From assembly GCA_964016885.1 (NCBI GenBank), contig OZ024758.1, forward strand, positions 10,540,001 through 10,604,000: a stretch of DNA of 64,000 bases, read 5' to 3'. The translations under genes were made by a program, and so were the position numbers. Shown here one piece after another: positions 55,930 to 64,000 of the stretch. The notes beneath the pieces are model-generated. The model worked only from the letters and a program-made list of their open reading frames with translations. It did no database searches and was not told where the DNA came from. Within the stretch, counting starts at the first letter, position 1; the number at the start of each line of letters is the position of its first letter. This stretch comes from Eledone cirrhosa (taxonomy: Eukaryota).

Positions 55930-56612
55930 TCTTTCTTTCTTACTCTCTCACTTTCCCCATCTCTCCCCCACTCTCTTTGTTTCTTACTCTCTCACTTTCC
56001 CCCATCTCTCCTCCACTCTCTTTGTTTCTTACTCTCTCACTTTCCCCATCTCTCCTCCACTCTCTTTGTTTCTTACTCTCTCACTTTCCCCCATCTCCCC
56101 CCCACTCTCTTTGTTTCTTACTCTCTCACTTTCCCCCATCTCTCCCCCACTCTCTTTGTTTCTTACTCTCTCACTTTCCCCATCTCTCCCCCACTCTCTT
56201 TGTTTCTTACTCTCTCACTTTCCCCCATCTCTCCCTCACTCTCTTTGTTTCTTACTCTCTCACTTTCCCCCATCTCCCCCCCACTCTCTTTGTTTCTTAC
56301 TCTCTCCCTTTCCCCCATCTCTCCCCCACTCTCTTTGTTTCTTACTCTCTCACTTCCCCATCTCTCCCCCACTCTCTTTGTTTCTTACTCTCTCCCTTTC
56401 CCCCATCTCTCCCCCACTCTCTTTGTTTCTTACTCTCTCACTTTCCCCATCTCTCCCCCACTCTCTTTGTTTCTTACTCTCTCACTTTCCCCCATCTCTC
56501 CCCCACTCTCTTTGTTTCTTACTCTCTCACTTTCCCCATCTCTCCCCCCACTCTCTTTGTTTCTTACTCTCTCACTTTCCACATCTCTCCCCCACTCTCT
56601 TTGTTTCTTAGT
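55930..56612. repeat. ~39-40-bp pyrimidine-rich minisatellite
   Basis: tttcttactctctcactttcccccatctctcccccactctctttg-like unit repeated. Confidence 0.9.
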
Positions 56613-57193
56613 CTCTCACGTCCCCCCCCCCTCTATATTTGTGCTGTATGTTTCTGTCCTGTCATCGAACATATGCGCACATTTCGATCTGAACTAATTT
56701 ATTTGTATATGTGTGTGTATATGTAAGTCTATGTGTATATGTGTGTGTATATGTAAGTCTATGTGTATATGTGTGTGTATATGTAAGTCTATGTGTATAT
56801 GTCTGTGCGTCTATTTATGAATGTGTTTGAATTTGGGCGTGAAAGAGTGTATGTAGGGGGTGTGATATAATATGGGGCTGGGTTTAAGATGCACTTCTGA
56901 AATTCTTTCTCCAATCTCTTTGAACAAACACACATACACACACACACATAAATATATATATATATATGCGTGTGTGCGTGTGTGTGTGTGTGAATATATG
57001 TGTATCACAATAATAGTTGGATAGAAACAAAGGGAAGGAGAGAAAAAAGAGGGAAAAGCAGCGGTGAGAGAGAAAGAAAGAGAGAGAGAGAGAGAGTGAG
57101 TGGAGGGGTGGGGGCAGAGTAAGAGGGATCGTGTCAGAGAAGAAGAAAGAGAAGAGTGAAAGAAAGCGAAGAAAAAAAAGTGGAGAAGAAATA

Positions 57194-57443
57194 ATTATTT
57201 CTACTTTTGGCACAAGGCCAGCAATTACCCCAGTGCATTACTGGTACTTTATTTTATCGACCCCCGTAAGGATGAAAGGCAAAGTTAACCCCGGCGGGAT
57301 TTGAACTCAGACCGTAAAGGGACGTAACTATGCTGGAAAGCATGGCGTCCGACTCTCTACCGATACTGCCAATCCACCGGAAATAATTGTTTCTACTTTT
57401 GGCACAAGGCCAGCAATTATCCCAGTGCATTACTGGTACTTTA
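57194..57443 (-). mobile_element. tRNA-derived SINE plus short truncated copy
   Basis: Full copy at 57194-57379, then a second tail fragment. Confidence 0.8.
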
Positions 57444-57685
57444 CCGGAAATAATGGAAGAAGGTATGTGAGGATATAATTTTACAACAGAAACGGTAAAG
57501 AAATATATAGATGGGAGGGGAGAGCGACAGACCATCGGATAGACACACACACACACACATGCACATGCACACACACACATACACACACATATACATGTGT
57601 GTGTATGTGTGTGTCTATATGTATATATTTGTATGGTTATATATTTATTTAATCTTTGTATTGTCACGTAGCTCTTATATATATT

Positions 57686-57720
<35 letters not shown>

Positions 57721-57743
57721 ATATATATTTATTTATATATATT

Positions 57744-57776
<33 letters not shown>

Positions 57777-58631
57777 GTATATATATATATACACAGTGGT
57801 GGACTGGCCAAGTTGCCAGGTTGCCCAATGGCAACTTGGCAAGAGCCCACAGTACCATTGCAAGGCCCACTGTAGTATTTTAGGGGCCAATACTTTGCTT
57901 TCAAAAAATACCTGAAATCTAAGAGAAAAAAGTAAAATAAAAAAAAAGATAAATAAAACAATTGAGCAAAGCATTTGGTCCACCAATTCCCCAGGGAATT
58001 ACTAGAAACCAAAATATACGATAGTGCAAGTAACTGGAATCAGTGGTTGTACATTCTACTAAATCTAAAGTTTAGTGTATTCATTGATGCAACCATTAGT
58101 TGACTTTAAGTAGGAGCAATAACATTAAGAAAGACATGAACGACACCACAACACTTTGGTTTGAAAATTTTGAAAGTAGGTTTGGTTTATAAGTATGAAT
58201 TTTCATAAGATTTTCGTAGTTGTCTCTGTGGTCTAGCGGTAGGTATTAGAGACGGTGGAGATCCTGGTCTTGGGTTCAATCCTGGTCAAGAGGTACATAT
58301 AGCCTTTTTTCAGTTTTTATTTTACAACCAATCGAACTTCAGGCCAGGATGACCACCGTTTATGATTCCTCCAACTACAAAAGTATAATGAAAATTGATA
58401 ATTATAAACCTACTTTCAAAATATCAAAGTCGACCCTAAATATTACTTTTATCTCTACGAAAGCCATGAACGACACCACAACCTTTTAACTTTGATTTTG
58501 AAAGTAGGTTTATAATTATAAATTTATATATACATTAATTATCAATTTATATATATATTAATTATCAATCAATTATATATATATATATCCAGAAGTCGAC
58601 CCTGTATATATATATATATATATAGCTGTAG

Positions 58632-58672
<41 letters not shown>

Positions 58673-58768
58673 TTAAAAGTTAAACAAGGTTCAATGAATA
58701 CATCAAAGAATGACTACCATGACTGAATCTTAACCATCTACTATGACAGGGTATGTCATGCATCAACT

Positions 58769-58835
58769 TATTTTATCTGATGAGGACGTACTGTTGAACT
58801 TAACTCAGTACCTCTGAAATATGTATAATAAAATA
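58769..58835 (+). ncRNA. Minimal type-I hammerhead ribozyme motif (different stem II)
   Basis: TATTTTAT-CTGATGA-GGAcGTACTG..CAGTACcTCT-GAAA-TATGTA-TA-ATAAAATA; perfect 8-bp stem I. Confidence 0.75.
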
Positions 58836-58875
58836 TACTTGAGCACAAGAATATCTATTTTGTTAATATTTTGAA

Positions 58876-58922
<47 letters not shown>

Positions 58923-59506
58923 TACAGCAATGACTGACTCACATGCAATCAAATATAACGTGTTAGTAGATAACATTCTTTCAATAAGGATTTTAGGGGC
59001 CCATGCAATCGCCTACAGATTGAGACAGTTTCCTTCACTTGATCTAACGGAACATGGCGGAAGTGACAGCTAGAAGGAAAGAAGGCCTTATCAGTACTTG
59101 GTTGGTCATTTCTTTATTCGACACCAGTAAACTTCGGCAGGACCTGAGACTAAAGTCAACTTTGCTTTTTATGCTTTCGGAGTCGATAAACAAATTACCA
59201 ATCCTTGGCGGTAGTTCTAATGTTTGTCAAAGACATTAGTGCTGACAAGATATATTCTAATTTGCCTTTCCTTAAGACAACAGAGGTGATTAGAGAGGAT
59301 ACTTGCTTTCATTGCATGCATGAGGGACTGCTGTTCACCCCCTCACAATTAGATCTAACGGGATCCTCTCTTTTACTGAGTTTCCTGAATACGTAGTTTT
59401 GTTATAATAGCGATTGTCACGTTTACATTTGTTTTCGTTAAAACTCTCAAATCTTGAAATAGAATTCATTTATTTCAAGTTTGTGTCATTTATAGAAAGA
59501 GAGGCA

Positions 59507-61023
59507 GATCAGTGGTTAAACCCAGTTTAGAAGTGTTTAGGTATCCTTAGCTCCACATTCTAGAGGGGAGGGGGATTGTATGAGAGGCACATCAGGGGTT
59601 AAACCCAGTTTAGAAGTGTTTAGGTATCCTTAGCTCCACATTCTAGAGGGGAGGGGGATTGTATGAGAGGCACATCAGGGGTTAAACCCAGTTTAGAAGT
59701 GTTTAGGTATCCTTAGCTCCACATTCTAGAGGGGAGGGGGATTGTATGAGAGGCACATCAGGGGTTAAACCCAGTTTAGAAGTGTTTAGGTATCCTTAGC
59801 TCCACATTCTAGAGGGGAGGGGGATTGTATGAGAGGCACATCAGGGGTTAAACCCAGTTTAGAAGTGTTTAGGTATCCTTAGCTCCACATTCTAGAGGGG
59901 AGGGGGATTGTATGAGAGGCACATCAGGGGTTAAACCCAGTTTAGAAGTGTTTAGGTATCCTTAGCTCCACATTCTAGAGGGGAGGGGGGATTGTATGAG
60001 AGGCATATCAGTGGTTAAACTCAGTTTAGAAGTATTTAGGTATCCTTAGCTCCACATTCTAGAGGATGGGATTGTATGAGAGGCATATCAGTGTTTATGC
60101 TCAGTTTAGAAGTATTTAGGTATCCTTAGCTCCACATTCTAGAGGATGGGATTGTATGAGAGGCATATCAGTGGTTAAACTCAGTTTAGAAGTATTTAGG
60201 TATCCTTAGCTCCACATTCTACAGGATGGGATTGTATGAGAGGCAGATCAGTGGTTAAACTCAGTTTAGAAGTATTTAGGTATCCTTAGCTCCACATTCT
60301 AGAGGATGGGATTGTATGAGAGGCATATCAGTGGTTAAACTCAGTTTAGAAGTATTTAGGTATCCTTAGCTCCACATTCTACAGGATGGGATTGTATGAG
60401 AGGCAGATCAGTGGTTAAACTCAGTTTAGAAGTATTTAGGTATCCTTAGCTCCACATTCTAGAGGATGGGATTGTATGAGAGGCATATCAGTGGTTAAAC
60501 TCAGTTTAGAAGTATTTAGGTATCCTTAGCTCCACATTCTACAGGATGGGATTGTATGAGAGGCAGATCAGTGGTTAAACTCAGTTTAGAAGTATTTAGG
60601 TATCCTTAGCTCCACATTCTAGAGGATGGGATTGTATGAGAGGCATATCAGTGTTTATGCTCAGTTTAGAAGTATTTAGGTATCCTTAGCTCCACATTCT
60701 AGAGGATGGGATTGTATGAGAGGCATATCAGTGGTTAAACTCAGTTTAGAAGTATTTAGGTATCCTTAGCTCCACATTCTACAGGATGGGATTGTATGAG
60801 AGGCAGATCAGTGGTTAAACTCAGTTTAGAAGTATTTAGGTATCCTTAGCTCCACATTCTAGAGGATGGGATTGTATGAGAGGCATATCAGTGGTTAAAC
60901 TCAGTTTAGAAGTATTTAGGTATCCTTAGCTCCACATTCTACAGGATGGGATTGTATGAGAGGCAGATCAGTGGTTAAACTCAGTTTAGAAGTATTTAGG
61001 TATCCTTAGCTCCACATTCTACA
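59507..61023. repeat. 83/80-bp satellite array
   Basis: About 6 units of 83 bp followed by about 13 units of 80 bp (…cagtttagaagt[g/a]tttaggtatccttagctccacattct…). Confidence 0.95.
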
Positions 61024-61954
61024 GGAGCAGATTGTATGTCGTCCCTATAATGTTTCACGTTTATTTTGAGACGAAAAATATTGAAGAAATTTTTTTAAAA
61101 TTATTAAAAAAATAAGTAACCCCCCCCCCCCCCAAAAAAAAACCGAACAGATTTCAGTCACATATCGATGTATCACCCTCCACACACAAACACACACACA
61201 CACATATACATATACATATATCTATATACACACTCTCTCTCTCACACACACACATATATATATATACACACACTCTGTCACACACACACATATATATATG
61301 CACACTCTCTCACACACACTCACATATATATATACACACTCTCACACACACATATATATATACATATACACACTCTCACACACACATATATATATATACA
61401 CACTCTGTCACACACATACACTTAAGCATGCATTTTAAAGTTTGATGCACATTCGGAAAACCAAAATATATTACTTTCTTTCTCCTTCTCCTCCTCTCCT
61501 CCTCCTATCCCCCTCCCCCCATTCTTCACATCTCTCCTTTCCTCTTCACTTTTCCCCTTCTGATCCTTATCTCAATCTCACTATTACTCGGTTTCCCCCT
61601 TTTCTTGGATAACACCTTACACACTCATACATATATACGCGCACACACAAACACACACATACAAACAAACAAAAACCTTAACCCATATACACACACGTAC
61701 ATTCGTAGACATTTACACGCCTTTATCTACACATACACACAAATATATATGCGTACACTAACGGATGTATGCTCACACACACACACACACACACGCACAC
61801 ACACACACACACACGCACACACACACACACACATCATACACCTACAATGTGGTACACACAAATTCACCAACACACACTTACGAACGTACACCCACACTTA
61901 CACACAAGTACACTCATAAACGTATACTCACACACGAATACTCAAACAGATGCA

Positions 61955-62008
<54 letters not shown>

Positions 62009-62463
62009 TGCAGACAATAAAACACCTTAATAAAAATCTACCATCCCTTTCACAAACACTCCAAACATTCTTTAATATCGTAGTATTATATAAGGTGATG
62101 TTGGTGATGATAGACGAGTAAACAACTCTTTTATGTAGAATGGTGGTATAGCTCACCAGTAAACAACAGTTTTGTTGGCTAATTCTCATTCAGTCACATG
62201 TAATAGTGCTATTGACTAAGTTAAGAGAGACTCGGTTGGGACACGAAAGTCATTCGTTCGGAAATGAAGACGTAGAAAATAGGAAATTGATTTTAAATGA
62301 ACAGGACTTAATGTCTATACGATTCTTCCTTTTTTGGATCTTTTCCTTTTGACACACATTGTCTGATTTTATTATATATTTCCAGACAGATTTAGGTTTG
62401 AATTCTGATTACAAAATAATTTCATTTTTAAGAAATTAATAATAAAAACGGTTATAATCATAT

Positions 62464-62711
62464 AATTGTTTCTACTTTTGGAACAAGGCCAGCAATTACC
62501 CAGTACATTACTGGTACTTTATTTTTGGGGGGGAGGAGAAAGTCGATTAAATCGACCCTAGTGCGTGACTGGTACTTTATTTCATCGACCCCGTAAGGAT
62601 GAAAGGTAAAGTTAACCTCGACGGGATTTGAACTCAGATCATAAAGGGCCGTAACTCTATGCTGTAAAGTATGGAGTCCGACCCTCTACCGATACTGCCA
62701 ATACACCACCC
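62464..62711 (-). mobile_element. tRNA-derived SINE, longer variant
   Basis: Same head/core with an extra internal segment; aatcatataa on both flanks. Confidence 0.75.
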
Positions 62712-63599
62712 TGGTCAGAATCATATAAAGATGTAATTTTAATTTAACTGTCAGTTCATCAGTTAAATCCATCGTCACCTCATAATAAAATAGTTGTAAT
62801 CCCTTAAAGAAAGGCCAGGGGTCTTAACAACTCTTGCCTATTGTCTTTGTGGGAGATTTGATATTCCCATACATACAAGGTCAACAAATTTGAGGGGAGA
62901 GGAAAGTTGATTAAATCTCCCCCAGGGAATTACTGGTACTTTATTTTATCGACTTAGGAAGGAAGAAAGGCAAAGTTAACCTCGGCGGGATTTGAACTCA
63001 GAACATAAAGAGTCGGAATCAAATATTATATTTTGTCTGTCGCCATAAGGATCATGTCAAACCACCACCCTAGAACAATGATGATGATTATGGTGGCCAT
63101 GGTAGGGTTGGTGGTGGTAGTGATGGGGTTTGTAGTGGTGGCGGTAGTAGTGGTGGTGGTAGTGTTGGGGATGGTAGTGGTGGTGGTAGTAGTGGTGGTG
63201 ATAGTGATGGTAGTGTTGGTGTGGTAGTGGTGGTGGTAGTGTTGGTGTAGTAGTGGGGATGGTAGTGTTGGTGGTGATGGTGGTGGTGGTAGTGTTGGTA
63301 TGGTAGTGGGGGTGGTAGTGTTGGTGGTGGTGGTGGTTGTAGTGTTGGTGCTGGTGGTAGTGTTGGTGTGATAGTGGTGTTGGTAGTGTTGGTGTAGTAG
63401 TGTTGGTGGTAGTGGTGGTGTGGTAGTGGGGGTGGTAGCGTTGGTAGTGGTGGTGGTGGTGGTAGTGGTGGATCTATATATTTTTAACAATTCTAATATG
63501 ACTTCTTATAATCAATTTAAAATGTCAAAACTATAAAAGAAATATGAAAGATTTGTGCCACCAATTCCAGTATTGTTATAAAAATATAAGCAACGTCTA

Positions 63600-63656
<57 letters not shown>

Positions 63657-63806
63657 TTGTCTGTCTGTTTGTTGGTTGGTGTTTTAACATTGAATTGATT
63701 AAATTTGGATGACTGATGACTAGAGTGAAAATATAATGTAGGCAGGTGTTTCTATTATTGAGATATGTTAGGTTACAAGTAGCTAGTGTTTGTGTGGAGT
63801 AGAATA

Positions 63807-63856
<50 letters not shown>

Positions 63857-63864
63857 AGAGATAG

Positions 63865-63895
<31 letters not shown>

Positions 63896-64000
63896 TAGAG
63901 GAATAGAGAGAGAATGAGGGCGGGAGGTGAGACAGAGGGGGTGACTGGGCATAAATAACTACCAATAACTGGAATTTGTGTGTGTGGGCTTTCATTTCTT

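Overview
AT-rich, microsatellite-saturated animal genomic DNA. The repeat content and gene set suggest an octopus or other coleoid cephalopod, which is an inference. I reconstructed two intact multi-exon genes by hand on the minus strand, with GT-AG junctions and consistent phases. (1) A 12-coding-exon, 597-aa tyramine/dopamine beta-hydroxylase (51844->37184) with all copper ligands intact, but apparently lacking both cysteines of one conserved disulfide. (2) A 5-coding-exon, 530-aa secreted, extremely Gly-rich protein with two chitin-binding type-2 (CBM14) domains (31608->22989); it has a signal peptide, a dibasic KR site and a C-terminal GK, and is largely missed by the ORF track. Introns and intergenic DNA hold many tRNA-derived SINEs, 3' fragments of RTE, R4/Dong-like and HERO-like LINEs, and minisatellites. 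They also hold many small elements in (TA)n tracts that carry minimal type-I hammerhead ribozyme motifs or hairpin halves of them (Penelope-like or retrozyme-like), including a tandem pair spaced 315 nt apart. Almost all ORFs in the supplied track are microsatellite artefacts.
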